Positions 29,595-40,723 of a DNA stretch of 64,000 nucleotides are shown here, one piece after another. The notes under the pieces were generated by a model. The model was not told the origin of the DNA. It saw only the letters and a list, made by a program, of their open reading frames with translations, and made no database searches. The stretch's first letter is position 1, and every line of letters begins with the position of its first letter. A program made the position numbers and the translations under genes. This stretch comes from Escherichia phage fp01: sequence record NC_048731.1; one strand, written 5' to 3'.

Positions 29595-31667
29595 TTACCT
29601 TATATGGATGTACCCGTTTTGCAGGTCTATCTTCATTCTGTAATAGGCTTCCGGGTTGGAGGATAGTGCTGCTGCACGATCATATATAATATTTACACCG
29701 ATTTGGGATAGGAAAGCATTACCAGCAACTATTTTACTAGCAGTTACAGTACCATTAACTATCATATCACCGTGTAAGACCATAGCAGGGCTAACCCATG
29801 CCGAGCCATTCCATTGTCTAGTAAATGCTGTTTGCGGAGCATTACTATTAAACTCAGTTAATACATCGTATTTAACAGGCGGGGAACCAAAATTACTTTG
29901 GAAGAAGGAGTTAGCACGACTATCGTCCCATCCTCCTAATCCGGCCACTCCAAGAGAATACATGCCCGGACCTCTCTGGCCATCCGCACCAATAGTACCT
30001 TCAGTACCACTCCACTGAACAACATCCGCCCAACTAGTACCTTCCAATAATTTATTTGTAACAGGGTCTAGAGTACCAGTTGTAGCATAAATATTCTGAG
30101 TCATATCAGTACGGTTAGGTGGTGTTTTAGACCATCCAGGAGGCGGATAATCTTGCTCCAATGGTTTTGCTGGCAAACTTTTACCAAGTTTATAAACAAA
30201 TACTGTTTGTTTACCCTGCATCCCAGTACCAATATCTACGTCTCCATTAGGAGTACCAATAACAACTCCACTAGAAATACGAAGAGTATCGCCATCATAG
30301 CGTATCCACTGAGTAGCATTACCTATATCTAACTTTGGCTTAGCAGAAGTGTTATCCATTCCCATCCAGATACCAGATTTTGTATCTCCCCAAGTTTTAC
30401 CTTGAGTATAGATTGCCGGGTTATCTTGGCCAGTTAGATTAGTCATTACAAAGTTAGCAGCATTGATAGTTTTAGTTATAATACTACCATCAACGTTAAC
30501 TATCTTTTTAATAGGGTCGAAAGATATTGGTGCTTTTCCTTCTGCATCTAGGAGGCCTATATTAATAGCACCAGTAGCAGCATCGATTAAAAATGTTTGC
30601 TTCCACGTGGAGCCATCTTTGATCTTACCTTTAATATACGCATAGTTTACTTCTATACCAGTTTCATTAACAAAGCTATTATCAAGATGGGTGTCCTCAT
30701 TTAGTATAAAAGTCTGTACTGCAGAATCTGTAACATCTTGAGCATTTGGCCCCCACGCTATAGAGGAGACCTTAAATTTATGCTCAATTTTCCACGGAAA
30801 CGATATAATAGTTGCCGCTTGTGCAGCACCTACGTTAATTTTTTGGGCCTTAGTCCATCCAGTTCTTGCAAATTCTGTGGAATCTATATAAGAAACGACA
30901 AATTCCCGAACATTGGCTCCAGATCCCCTATTCCACTCCCACTGTACACGAAGGTCATATCTCTCTTTACCATCTGCAATTCTTGCAGCCTTGAAGGTAA
31001 TATTGCTAGGAGCAGTGGGCGGTACAAAGTTATACTCTACAGTAAGAACTTTAGAAAATTCAAAGTATCCAGAGGAGTCTACCGTTACACCATCAGGCAT
31101 AGTAACTTGCCCTGATATGCGTACTTTATAATCACCAATAGGGACACCACCAAATCTAATAGTGGGGGATAACGGACCTACATAATATTTTACCCACGTA
31201 CTATTTGAAGGTTGAGTACTTTTTAACTCAATAGTACAGTAGCTTGCTTCACCAGTTGTTTCTACGACAACTATCGGTGCACCTACCCCAACATCCACAG
31301 GTTCTGATTCAGATCTTGCTGCAACAATTGTTGGCTTCTCTTTTGTCCTAAAGTTAGTCTCATTAGAGAGATTGATACCAATCTTAGCCTCTAACAGTTC
31401 AGAATCAATAATAGAGTCGTAAAAAGCCCCTTGAATCTCATAAGAGGTTGAAGGGGTCAGATTATTAATCATTACGAAGAAAGTATCTATACCAGTATAA
31501 TCACGTCTATCTATACTTTCTCCTGTCTTTAACCAAAAAGATCTGCCAATAACGTCATAGTCAGTATATATAGAATGCTGGACATATGCCATTGTATATC
31601 CAGTCATTATACTATTTAAGACCATTTTGGCTGGTGCATTATTCGAAATCATTAAATGGATGCCCAC
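29595..31667 (-). CDS. baseplate / central fibre protein (pb4-like)
   Basis: 690 aa; position between baseplate hub and collar; Gly-rich beta-structure signature. Confidence 0.55.
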   Translation of the reverse strand: MGIHLMISNNAPAKMVLNSIMTGYTMAYVQHSIYTDYDVIGRSFWLKTGESIDRRDYTGIDTFFVMINNLTPSTSYEIQGAFYDSIIDSELLEAKIGINLSNETNFRTKEKPTIVAARSESEPVDVGVGAPIVVVETTGEASYCTIELKSTQPSNSTWVKYYVGPLSPTIRFGGVPIGDYKVRISGQVTMPDGVTVDSSGYFEFSKVLTVEYNFVPPTAPSNITFKAARIADGKERYDLRVQWEWNRGSGANVREFVVSYIDSTEFARTGWTKAQKINVGAAQAATIISFPWKIEHKFKVSSIAWGPNAQDVTDSAVQTFILNEDTHLDNSFVNETGIEVNYAYIKGKIKDGSTWKQTFLIDAATGAINIGLLDAEGKAPISFDPIKKIVNVDGSIITKTINAANFVMTNLTGQDNPAIYTQGKTWGDTKSGIWMGMDNTSAKPKLDIGNATQWIRYDGDTLRISSGVVIGTPNGDVDIGTGMQGKQTVFVYKLGKSLPAKPLEQDYPPPGWSKTPPNRTDMTQNIYATTGTLDPVTNKLLEGTSWADVVQWSGTEGTIGADGQRGPGMYSLGVAGLGGWDDSRANSFFQSNFGSPPVKYDVLTEFNSNAPQTAFTRQWNGSAWVSPAMVLHGDMIVNGTVTASKIVAGNAFLSQIGVNIIYDRAAALSSNPEAYYRMKIDLQNGYIHIR

Positions 31668-34501
31668 TCCACAGACTGTTCTCCATCATCTCCTTCCGCT
31701 CTAATACGAAAATATAGTTTTCTATTGATTCCTAGAGCATCACTATTATGAAGAGCAAAATCTGCCTTATTATACATTAATAAATAGTCATAAGTATACT
31801 GATTTTCAATACGTACACTTCTTAGCATTCTATTCTGGGAATCATAGATTTCCAGAGTATAGAATATACTTTCTATTATATCTTCTTCTGGTATCCTATC
31901 CCAAGCTAGTTTTACATCTGGGCCTACAAATTCAGTTACATCCCCAGAAGCCGTATTAGTTACCCTAAAATTAGATACTACGCTTAGGTTTTTAGCAGAG
32001 TTAAGTTCTATAGATAATGTTACTGGAGAACTTCTCCTACCATTTATATCCACAGCCCTTATTTCAAATATTGCTAAACCTGCAGGCTCTCCAATTATCT
32101 CTTGGATCATGCGTTCATTGGGATTTGTTTCTAGTTGCTGCACAATATAAGGCTCAGCATGACCGGAATGCACGATAGAGTAATAAACTACGTTATTAGT
32201 TAAACTTGGAAGCCAGGATAACTCACCATTTTTTCCTATGGAACCAACTAAACCACCAGGTGTAGGAGTATATTTAAAATCTCTAGGAGGAAGAACATTG
32301 TTACTAATATCTGGTATATCATTACCACTATTATCTACTTGATCAGAGTTGATAAATACATCTTCCCCATACTCCTGTAGAGTAACATTTATCTTTCCTT
32401 CCCTAGAGTTTTCGACTTCATCTACTAAAAAGTACTTCTTATCCCATCCGTAACGGTCGTATGTAAATGCAATAGCATCATTAGGCTCAATACCAATGAA
32501 TTGATATGGTAAAGAAAATGAGAGGGTTCTAGAATACCTAGATTTCTTAAGTTCTCTGTCTGCAAAACTTCTAGCAGTATAGTAGTTAGTTATATTTGCA
32601 AAAGATAATTGTAATTTTTTGTCTAAATTTTTATCTTGCTCTTTATATCTAGAGTTATAAAAGGTAATAGAGTTAGTTTTCCAGCTAAGAGCTGGGTCTA
32701 CGATAGATGCTTGAACTGAGTTGAATTTATTTCTACCAGTAGTATCTGATAGCTCTAAATCACCATAAGTATCCAGAAAATTAATTTCTAATGGAGTATT
32801 AGAATATTTTTCTACAGTAATCCTATATTGACCCGATAAGTTGTTAATAGCCCCACCGTAGGATTCTAGTAAACCTTGAACATTTTTAAATACTGATTCA
32901 GATGTATCTAGAATAGTATTCATTTGTACTATTTGTCTATTTTCTGCTAATGGATCAGTCCACCCAACATATCTCCAGTATGGCTGCCAGGATACTTGGT
33001 AGGATTCATCTATAATATCTAGGATAGCAGCTTCTTGTACCAATTGTTGGAGAGGGAACTGATCAATAGCAATGTTTGCACCATACCTATCTGAAGTTAA
33101 GTAGTCAAGTGTTTGCCAAATACCATTTAAACTAGTACTATTAGCAGTTACTCTACCATCAGAATGGTAGATTTTTATCTTCTTACCCTGAATCTCAGCA
33201 CTAACTTCTGGAATCTCAGTTCTATTTTCATTAATAGTAAAGCGTACTACCGCGTATGCAGTATCTAATAGTTTATATCTAGCATCCCAGTACTCAGGCC
33301 CATTACCGTTCATACTTTGGAGATAGAACCCACGCTCCTTCGCTATATTTACTAATACTTCAGAAGCCGTTTGATCAGCTTTTCCATGATAAGTCCAAAT
33401 CCTTATATCACCATTACCATCGTTATATTTATATTCCTGGCCATGCACAGAAGGACTACTAGAAGACATTCCTGATGCTATTCTCTGCATGGTGTCTCCT
33501 GCTACTTTTTTAACACCGAAACAGGTTCTAGCAGAGCTATCATTAGAGTCCATACAAATCATAGGGTTATCCCCGAAGGAAAAGTCAAGAAAACCGTCTA
33601 TCTCTCCTTCAGCAAAAGCATATACTACGTAAACTATATTAGGATTGTGTAATTCCGTATCCGCAAAAATAGGTATTCCCGGTATTTTCTGTACACCATA
33701 AACTACTGGTATATACTTAGCAGCAAGGTTAAAATCTATATCTACTTCTTTAGTAACAGTCTCATAATACTTTTTAAGACTATAACTTCTAGATAGTCCA
33801 AATAGCTTTTTCTTAGACTTTAGCTTGTATCTTTCTTCCTGTACCTGATACTTTGCTAGAATAGAGATACTTTTATTGGCGTGAAAGAAACCGTAGTCTT
33901 CTTGGTACTCAAGTCTTTTAGCCCCATTAGATGGAAGTAATTGTCCTGCTACAACTTCAAGCCCTCTATGAGAAGCATCATCAGTAAATCTACCATTAAC
34001 CCTATCAAAATCATAGAATTGGTTAGAACAATTCCAAGTAATTGTGGAGGTTCCAACTCCCGAAGTACTAATATTATCCTTAATACCTCCACCAGTAATT
34101 CTACCTCTAAAGTATAATAAAGGCCCATTTGTGTCTGGGTCTACAGGTAAAATAGAACCATCCTCTGTAATAATTGCTTGATGAATTGATACTAGTCTAT
34201 CTAAAAAGGACACACCATTCTGCACTAATTTCAGTACTTCATCCTGCGCTGTACCTGTAATAGTAAAAGATAGGCTGCCAATAGATAAATCTCTATTTTG
34301 TTTATGTGTGCTAATAGACTTAACTTTACCGGCCTGGTACAGAATACCGTTATATAGTACATCTCTAAAATAGTCAGTTAAGTAAATAAAAGCAGTACTA
34401 GTACCAGTAGAGCCGGGTAATTCTAGAGAAATTAGACTAGCAGTTTTTATTCTGCTATTATTTTTTAAGTAGTTTCTAGCACTATCTAATATTTTTTTCA
34501 T
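31652..34501 (-). CDS. baseplate hub protein (pb3-like)
   Basis: 949 aa immediately downstream of the distal tail protein gene. Confidence 0.6.
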   Translation of the reverse strand: MKKILDSARNYLKNNSRIKTASLISLELPGSTGTSTAFIYLTDYFRDVLYNGILYQAGKVKSISTHKQNRDLSIGSLSFTITGTAQDEVLKLVQNGVSFLDRLVSIHQAIITEDGSILPVDPDTNGPLLYFRGRITGGGIKDNISTSGVGTSTITWNCSNQFYDFDRVNGRFTDDASHRGLEVVAGQLLPSNGAKRLEYQEDYGFFHANKSISILAKYQVQEERYKLKSKKKLFGLSRSYSLKKYYETVTKEVDIDFNLAAKYIPVVYGVQKIPGIPIFADTELHNPNIVYVVYAFAEGEIDGFLDFSFGDNPMICMDSNDSSARTCFGVKKVAGDTMQRIASGMSSSSPSVHGQEYKYNDGNGDIRIWTYHGKADQTASEVLVNIAKERGFYLQSMNGNGPEYWDARYKLLDTAYAVVRFTINENRTEIPEVSAEIQGKKIKIYHSDGRVTANSTSLNGIWQTLDYLTSDRYGANIAIDQFPLQQLVQEAAILDIIDESYQVSWQPYWRYVGWTDPLAENRQIVQMNTILDTSESVFKNVQGLLESYGGAINNLSGQYRITVEKYSNTPLEINFLDTYGDLELSDTTGRNKFNSVQASIVDPALSWKTNSITFYNSRYKEQDKNLDKKLQLSFANITNYYTARSFADRELKKSRYSRTLSFSLPYQFIGIEPNDAIAFTYDRYGWDKKYFLVDEVENSREGKINVTLQEYGEDVFINSDQVDNSGNDIPDISNNVLPPRDFKYTPTPGGLVGSIGKNGELSWLPSLTNNVVYYSIVHSGHAEPYIVQQLETNPNERMIQEIIGEPAGLAIFEIRAVDINGRRSSPVTLSIELNSAKNLSVVSNFRVTNTASGDVTEFVGPDVKLAWDRIPEEDIIESIFYTLEIYDSQNRMLRSVRIENQYTYDYLLMYNKADFALHNSDALGINRKLYFRIRAEGDDGEQSVEWASI

Positions 34502-35112
34502 AGACTTTCCCGTAAATTTAATGAGATGTTGGAATATGTTCCGTTATTATTTAGTGTAGATCCAAAAGCATCACCATTCATGAGTTTTGTTCTAAATAGT
34601 ATTCCATTAAATACTGGCTTCTCCGCTCCAGTAGTAGTTATAAATAAATCAGGGTATAAGTTTATAGACCATGTATTACCTGATTTGTTAAATGATGTTA
34701 TTTTATATACTTTTGGGTGGTTAGACAGCTTAAATAGATCCCCCGGTTTTGGAGTACCTGTAAGAAGTCCTTTTGTATCCATAGTTACATTAGAACCCTT
34801 CTGTCCAGCAGGTATATTTACTAGACTAGTATTACCTCTAACTCTAAAAGCTTCGTATTGGGGTAATATAACATCTATGTAACCACCAGTCCTTTTGTAT
34901 TCTAGAATAAAAGCATCTAGAACACTATATTCATCTGGAAATAATTCTGGATAAGAAATATTTATACCCCAGTATTGAGCAGATACCTTAACTTCGTTAA
35001 CTTTACCATTTGGTAACTCATCACGAATTACTGGGTCATTATCAATCAGGTTAACACTTTCGAATCCTAAGCCTGAAAGTTCTGGATTCGTGTATGGGTC
35101 TGGTAATCTCAT
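34498..35112 (-). CDS. distal tail protein (pb9-like)
   Basis: 204 aa directly after the tape measure gene; preceded on the minus strand by TTGATA-17-TATAAT and RBS. Confidence 0.55.
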   Translation of the reverse strand: MRLPDPYTNPELSGLGFESVNLIDNDPVIRDELPNGKVNEVKVSAQYWGINISYPELFPDEYSVLDAFILEYKRTGGYIDVILPQYEAFRVRGNTSLVNIPAGQKGSNVTMDTKGLLTGTPKPGDLFKLSNHPKVYKITSFNKSGNTWSINLYPDLFITTTGAEKPVFNGILFRTKLMNGDAFGSTLNNNGTYSNISLNLRESL

Positions 35113-35192
35113 AGTTAATTTCTCCTCTTTAATAACAATATTATAATAGTATTAGAAAATTTTATCAAGAAATTTTTATTTTTCCATAAAGA

Positions 35193-35221
35193 AAAGGAGG
35201 ACTCAAAGTCCTCCTCCAGTT
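35193..35221 (-). terminator. intra-operon terminator after tape measure gene
   Basis: Minus strand ggaggactttgagtcctcc then TTTTCTTT. Confidence 0.5.
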
Positions 35222-38200
35222 TTAAGAATTTCCTAATGTTTTCAGACTAGCACCGTTCTCATTCAGAGCTAATTCTACTGCGTCTCTTAGAGCACTACTA
35301 TTACTAGAAGCAAACTCTCTAAAACTTGCAGCATCCATAGCACTAATATTCAGGATGATAGGTCTTCCTGAAGTTGAGTTAGATGAGGTTTTTAGCTCAT
35401 CATTAGGTGTAGCTTTCATAGGAACCATAGGGGTAACTACTTCTGTACCATGCTCACCCATTTGATAACTAACCCCAGGGTACATATTACCGCCTTCAGC
35501 ACGAGGAACGAAAGAGTTAGCACCACCTATACCTTTATCGCCTCTGATATAAGATAGTTCACCTGCATTAGCAGACATGGACACATCTATATTCTTCTGA
35601 CGTTCTCCTAAGGTTAGGTAACTAGTTGTATCCGCTCCAGAATCTGCAATAGAAGACATACCAGATGCAGAAGATGCTTGAGCAAGAGCTAAGGCACCTG
35701 CTAAACCTGCCGCCACCATCAAAGGAATAGAGAACGGGTACGGTACAGCTGTCGCCGCTTGCATTACAGCTACTGCAGTTTGGATGATGATCTGCTTCTT
35801 AGCTGCGTCTTGTTGAATCTTCAGTTTTTCAGCTTCCAACTTCTTCAACTTAGCTTTAGATGCTTCTGATTTACCATCACGTTTCTGCTCTGCTGCAATA
35901 GCCTGATCAATTGCACTAACCTGCTGACTAGTACTATACTGAATCACAGAAGATACAGCTTGCATACCTGCTGCGATCGTGGAAGTAGTATCTAGTGATT
36001 TCATTGAGAACTGAATCATAGCATTAGTTAAATTACCCATGCTTTGAGCCACAGCAGTTGCTTCTGAGTTTAGCTCAGATAACTTAGAGATTGCCTGATC
36101 ATAAGAGGCCATCCTATTTCCCATATCAGCAAAATCTTTGTCTTTTCCAGATAGTCCAGTTGTAGGAGTATACACAGCACCTAAAGAAGACCCAACAGAA
36201 GCTTGCATTTGAGCATTACGTTGTGCTGTTAAAGCCGCTATCTGAGCCCTTGTCTTGGCTATTTCAGCATTCCAACGCATCTGCTCATTAGCGTTACCTT
36301 TAGTAAGTTCCTTCATCTGAGTATAAAAGTCTAACTGCATTTCCATTTTTTGCATTTCCCCTGCCAGAGGGAACATTGAAGTTAGAGTATTTTCAAAGGC
36401 TTCCTGCCTTTTACTGGTCATTTCAGCTTGCTGATCTTGGCGGAATTTCCAGATTTCACGTTCAATTTGGGCTTGAGCACGTCTTGATTGTTCAGCTTCT
36501 TTGTGTTTATCTGCTTGCTTAGAGTACCACTCATACTTTTCTTTTTCAATGGTCAATTCAAGATTTAACTGTGCTAGACGATACTGAGTATCTGTCATAG
36601 TACGGTTATTTAAGAGAGCTATCTCACGATCTACACCCAGGATTTTATCTGTGTAATCCTTGACCTTCTTCTGAGCTTCCATACCCTGATTGGTAAGTTT
36701 AAGTTTCTCCAGCTGAATTTTTTCAATTTCTTTCTCAACAGCTTTATTTCCCTGGTTTGTTTGAAGAACACGGCGTAAAGCAGCTTCTTGCTCTTCTAAC
36801 TGTTGCAGCTCTAAACGTCTACCAGCTTCCTGAGCTTTTTCTTTATCCTTAGTTTGGTTATATACATCAGCTATCTTCTGTTGAACTGCTAACTGGTTCT
36901 TAGTCTCATTACCAGTTAGTTTAACGTACTCAGATAAGGCCTGAGACGCAGTTTTCATTTCAGACAGAGTATTGTAACCTAGGTTAAGATTTTTAACGTA
37001 TTCATCAGCACTCTTACCAGTACCTAGAGATAGAGATTCTATGTTTTTTATAGCATCTGCTAAAGTAGCACTAGTTTTAGCAGCAGTATCTGTATTCTGA
37101 GCAACGTTCTGTATATCATTAGCTAAGTCACTAGCAGTTTTCTTAGTCTGATTGTACGCTTTCTGCTGCTCAGTTAATCCTTTTAATACAGTAGAGTTAA
37201 AATCGTATACAGCATCAGGATCAGTAGTGTCTCTTTGTAGATTAATTTGCTTCTGAAACTCTGGACTAGCCTTTGCAGCAGCAGCCCCAGCAGCTTGATA
37301 CGCTGATTTCCAAGCATTTAGGTTCTCTGTAGAATCCTCTACTTCCTTACCAAGTCTAGTTACTTGTAGACCCATAGCTGCAGTTTCTGCTACAAATTGC
37401 TTATTGGCCTCCGAAGCACCTGCTGCTGCAAGACCAACAGGAATACCTTCACCAACTTGACGTATAGCTAGTTTTGTATAGAAATCTGCTTGTTCCATTC
37501 GTTTATCGAACTCAGATTTTAGCTTATTACGCTTATCAAGAGATTCCTTATACATATCTAGAGCTTTATTATAGCCTTCTTCAGAGGCAGCTAAACTTAA
37601 AGCAACAGCACCAACATTGGTAGGGTCTATCTGTCTATTAGTTTTTTCTTGGGCCCTAGCTGCTTCAGCAGATATAGAAGCCTGAGATGTATAAAATACT
37701 GTGTTGATAGCATCAATTACTGGCCCTAAATATTTAGCAGCAGCTTGTTGTATTTTTCTTAGTGCAGCATCTGCATTAGCAGCAAATTGCTCCCACGGAG
37801 TTGCACGTAGTACTTCATCTAGGTAGCCAAATCGCTTAGTAGATTCAGCAATTACCGCGTTAGCGTATGCTTGTTGTTTCTGGAAGGTAGTAAGACTATT
37901 AACATTATATGTTATACCTGTGTTTGCAGCATTTAACTGTTTAACATAATCAGCGTATGCGTCATTAAGACGGATAGTGACACCAAGTTCATCCAGAAGT
38001 TCGATTTCTTGTTTAGATACGCCCTTAATTACACGGTTAAGTGCATCAGTCATATCAACGCCAAGAACAGCAGCCGCACGACGAGCTACTAAACCAAATT
38101 TATTAAGTTGTTCGGCATCAAATCCATAAGCGGATGCTGAAGACGCCTGTCTCATTGCTTCCTCAAAAGAAATAGCATATCCAGCAGCTTCTTGTAGCGA

Positions 38201-38905
38201 TCTAGCAAGGGTCTGAACAGGAGTACCTGTCTGAGTACCTACTATAACACCAAATTTTTCTAGACGATTTAGCTGATCACCTAGTTTAAGTTGTTCAAAT
38301 GCTGATTGCAAAACGAAGATGTTGGAAGCAAGAGCTGCGTACATAATAGGTAGACTACCACCGATCTTAGCCATTGCCGCAAAATCACGAGTTGCACCAC
38401 GTGCTGAACCAGAAGTATTACCAATAGCTCTAGAAGCTCTACCAGCGGCACCAGCAGTATCATTAAAACCCCTAGCTGTGCCACCTAATGCTCTATTAGT
38501 ATCATATAATCTATCCTGGACTTTTTCTGTTGCAGCTGCAACATCATTACCCATTGTTTTAACAGATCTAGAAACTCCATCGAATCCAATTTCTAGTTTA
38601 TCTGTTACTTCAATGAGCTGGATAGCCAGGTAATCTAGCTTATCACCAATACCGTCAATGGATTTAGTGATACCAGCCATACCCCTACTAGCTTGCATTT
38701 TAGTAAGACTTTTCGCTGCTCTGTCTGCTGCCCTCTCAATGGAATAAAGAGTTTTGGGCATTTTACCTAACTGCTCATTTGTCAGTTCGGAAGCAGCAGC
38801 AGCGTTTTCTAACGCATCAGATACGTTTTCAATAGACTTTGCAGTACGAGTTGCCCCCTTCTGTTTAACGTCTATTAATAATTCTCGTATTAGCTTATCA
38901 GTCAT
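35222..38905 (-). CDS. tail tape measure protein (pb2-like)
   Basis: 1227 aa; long Ala/Gln/Glu-rich coiled-coil, hydrophobic segment, C-terminal region. Confidence 0.85.
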   Translation of the reverse strand: MTDKLIRELLIDVKQKGATRTAKSIENVSDALENAAAASELTNEQLGKMPKTLYSIERAADRAAKSLTKMQASRGMAGITKSIDGIGDKLDYLAIQLIEVTDKLEIGFDGVSRSVKTMGNDVAAATEKVQDRLYDTNRALGGTARGFNDTAGAAGRASRAIGNTSGSARGATRDFAAMAKIGGSLPIMYAALASNIFVLQSAFEQLKLGDQLNRLEKFGVIVGTQTGTPVQTLARSLQEAAGYAISFEEAMRQASSASAYGFDAEQLNKFGLVARRAAAVLGVDMTDALNRVIKGVSKQEIELLDELGVTIRLNDAYADYVKQLNAANTGITYNVNSLTTFQKQQAYANAVIAESTKRFGYLDEVLRATPWEQFAANADAALRKIQQAAAKYLGPVIDAINTVFYTSQASISAEAARAQEKTNRQIDPTNVGAVALSLAASEEGYNKALDMYKESLDKRNKLKSEFDKRMEQADFYTKLAIRQVGEGIPVGLAAAGASEANKQFVAETAAMGLQVTRLGKEVEDSTENLNAWKSAYQAAGAAAAKASPEFQKQINLQRDTTDPDAVYDFNSTVLKGLTEQQKAYNQTKKTASDLANDIQNVAQNTDTAAKTSATLADAIKNIESLSLGTGKSADEYVKNLNLGYNTLSEMKTASQALSEYVKLTGNETKNQLAVQQKIADVYNQTKDKEKAQEAGRRLELQQLEEQEAALRRVLQTNQGNKAVEKEIEKIQLEKLKLTNQGMEAQKKVKDYTDKILGVDREIALLNNRTMTDTQYRLAQLNLELTIEKEKYEWYSKQADKHKEAEQSRRAQAQIEREIWKFRQDQQAEMTSKRQEAFENTLTSMFPLAGEMQKMEMQLDFYTQMKELTKGNANEQMRWNAEIAKTRAQIAALTAQRNAQMQASVGSSLGAVYTPTTGLSGKDKDFADMGNRMASYDQAISKLSELNSEATAVAQSMGNLTNAMIQFSMKSLDTTSTIAAGMQAVSSVIQYSTSQQVSAIDQAIAAEQKRDGKSEASKAKLKKLEAEKLKIQQDAAKKQIIIQTAVAVMQAATAVPYPFSIPLMVAAGLAGALALAQASSASGMSSIADSGADTTSYLTLGERQKNIDVSMSANAGELSYIRGDKGIGGANSFVPRAEGGNMYPGVSYQMGEHGTEVVTPMVPMKATPNDELKTSSNSTSGRPIILNISAMDAASFREFASSNSSALRDAVELALNENGASLKTLGNS

Positions 38906-38925
38906 GTTTTATTTTTCCCAATAAA

Positions 38926-38956
38926 AAAGGCTCTGGGCAAATCACCCAGAGCCAAG
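38926..38956 (-). terminator. terminator within a conserved module upstream of the tape measure gene
   Basis: Minus strand ggctctgggtgatttgcccagagcc then TTTTTTATTGGGAAAAATAAAAC-ATG. Confidence 0.6.
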
Positions 38957-38988
38957 CCTCATCGTGGAACGCCCATTGGAGGAAACTT

Positions 38989-39357
38989 TTATCGTGCACG
39001 AGATTTAGCATGTGGTTTAACGTTAGGAATCCTTCCGTTTTGCGGTTTATGCTTCTCAGCACGTTTACGTGCAGCGTCTACAGCTTTAGCATCAAATATA
39101 TTGATAATGTGTAGAACAAATTCTTTTTCTATAGGATCAGTAATCCCATAAATATCAAATAAAACACCTAATGCAGCCTTATCCTTACCTATAAAAATAG
39201 GAAAGTCACCCGGTATGAAACAATCAATTAGACTGTTATAAATATTCATACTAATAGATACAATAGGTGGAAAATCTTCGAGTTCAACGGGCATAGCCTT
39301 TGGATCAGGTTCTATACCCATTGACTCGCAAAGTATTAAATATTGTTGTTTAGTCAT
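38989..39357 (-). CDS. putative tail assembly chaperone
   Basis: 122-aa ORF immediately upstream of the tape measure gene. Confidence 0.35.
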   Translation of the reverse strand: MTKQQYLILCESMGIEPDPKAMPVELEDFPPIVSISMNIYNSLIDCFIPGDFPIFIGKDKAALGVLFDIYGITDPIEKEFVLHIINIFDAKAVDAARKRAEKHKPQNGRIPNVKPHAKSRAR

Positions 39358-39418
39358 TTTAGATGCTGAGCTTTTAATACATTTGTCTGCAAAATCAGCA
39401 ACAGCATCTAGGAGTTCT

Positions 39419-39823
39419 TTACGCTTTTGGGCTACGAAAAGTGTCTAAGTGGAACACTGTCTGGTTGATCCAAGAATCAAACGCAGCAGAGTTCTGCATG
39501 AGCATTACAGCATTATCGCGGCTAAAAGGAACCTCAGTAGCAGGATCAGCATCTGTTTCAATCAGCATCAGTTTTTCAACGTCACCAACAGTTAAGCCAG
39601 TCCAACCTTTAATAGCTGCGTCAACAAAGGCTTCAATGAACTTATCATCATCCTGCACCTGAATCAAAGTACCGTTAACCCATTCATCGCGTTTAGCAGA
39701 AGAAATAACACGTTTAGAGGTAGCACGAGACATATAGTTAAGTTCTAGTTTAAAGTTCGGCATACCTGGGTAGGAAAGAGTAATAGTACGAGTATCAAGA
39801 GTAATATCTTTTAAATTAATCAT
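39419..39823 (-). CDS. putative tail assembly chaperone
   Basis: 134-aa ORF between tail tube and tape measure genes. Confidence 0.35.
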   Translation of the reverse strand: MINLKDITLDTRTITLSYPGMPNFKLELNYMSRATSKRVISSAKRDEWVNGTLIQVQDDDKFIEAFVDAAIKGWTGLTVGDVEKLMLIETDADPATEVPFSRDNAVMLMQNSAAFDSWINQTVFHLDTFRSPKA

Positions 39824-40719
39824 TTTTTAATTTCTCCAAAGAAATCTATTCTCACTGGGTCTGAAGAAGCAGTAGGTATAATATCCCACTCAACTCTATA
39901 CACATCTGAGAACTCTAGGCGTTTTGTAATACGTGCTGAAGGAAAATCTATAGAAATATTATTATTTCTTATCGTTAAAGGTACATCTGTCTCCGGTTCT
40001 ATATTATAAACCATATCTCCTGCAAAACGTTTTAAGTAGTATAGAGAAATGGTTGCCGAAGCATTCATTTCAGTTACATAGGCTCTTTTATTATTATAAA
40101 TTTTATTTATATCAAAAACACTCTTATCCTCTCTCCAGGAGCACTGCTGTTGGAAAGATAAAGAGGCAGAAATAAGACCGGGTAAGATGCTGCCATTAGT
40201 AGAAGCCATTACTGGGCTGTAAGACATTACTTCACCCTGTATAATAGAAGCTGCTTCTCTATATGTAGATACTTCTGAGAATTTCCCAGACTCAATACCA
40301 ACATTAAGAATTGGTATGTTCTTATCTAAAGAAAAATCTACTGTAGATACATAACAGTTTTCAAAATATACACAGTTATTATCTTTGTTTACTATATAGA
40401 TATTGAACATAATAGGTTCAATATTACTACTATATAGCGGGAGTAAGAAAGTATTACCTTTTCTATCAAAACCTAACCATTCAAAGAAGTTAGCCTCAGT
40501 AAGAGTATTACTGAAATTTACTGCTAAAGAGATAGAAGAGGGGGTTTGAGCATTTATAATAGAGTCTGCATAGTTAGTTCTACGATGAACAGTCCTACGA
40601 AGAGTCTTGAATTCCTCGTAGGAAGTCTGTATATCATAGTTTGATAGGGCATCAAAATGAAATGCCCTACCATCATACTCAACTATAACTTTTGACTCTC
40701 TCATTAGAGAGTAGTACAT
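39820..40719 (-). CDS. hypothetical tail-associated protein
   Basis: 299-aa ORF, AT-rich codons, downstream of tail tube gene. Confidence 0.35.
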   Translation of the reverse strand: MYYSLMRESKVIVEYDGRAFHFDALSNYDIQTSYEEFKTLRRTVHRRTNYADSIINAQTPSSISLAVNFSNTLTEANFFEWLGFDRKGNTFLLPLYSSNIEPIMFNIYIVNKDNNCVYFENCYVSTVDFSLDKNIPILNVGIESGKFSEVSTYREAASIIQGEVMSYSPVMASTNGSILPGLISASLSFQQQCSWREDKSVFDINKIYNNKRAYVTEMNASATISLYYLKRFAGDMVYNIEPETDVPLTIRNNNISIDFPSARITKRLEFSDVYRVEWDIIPTASSDPVRIDFFGEIKK

Positions 40720-40723
40720 TTAA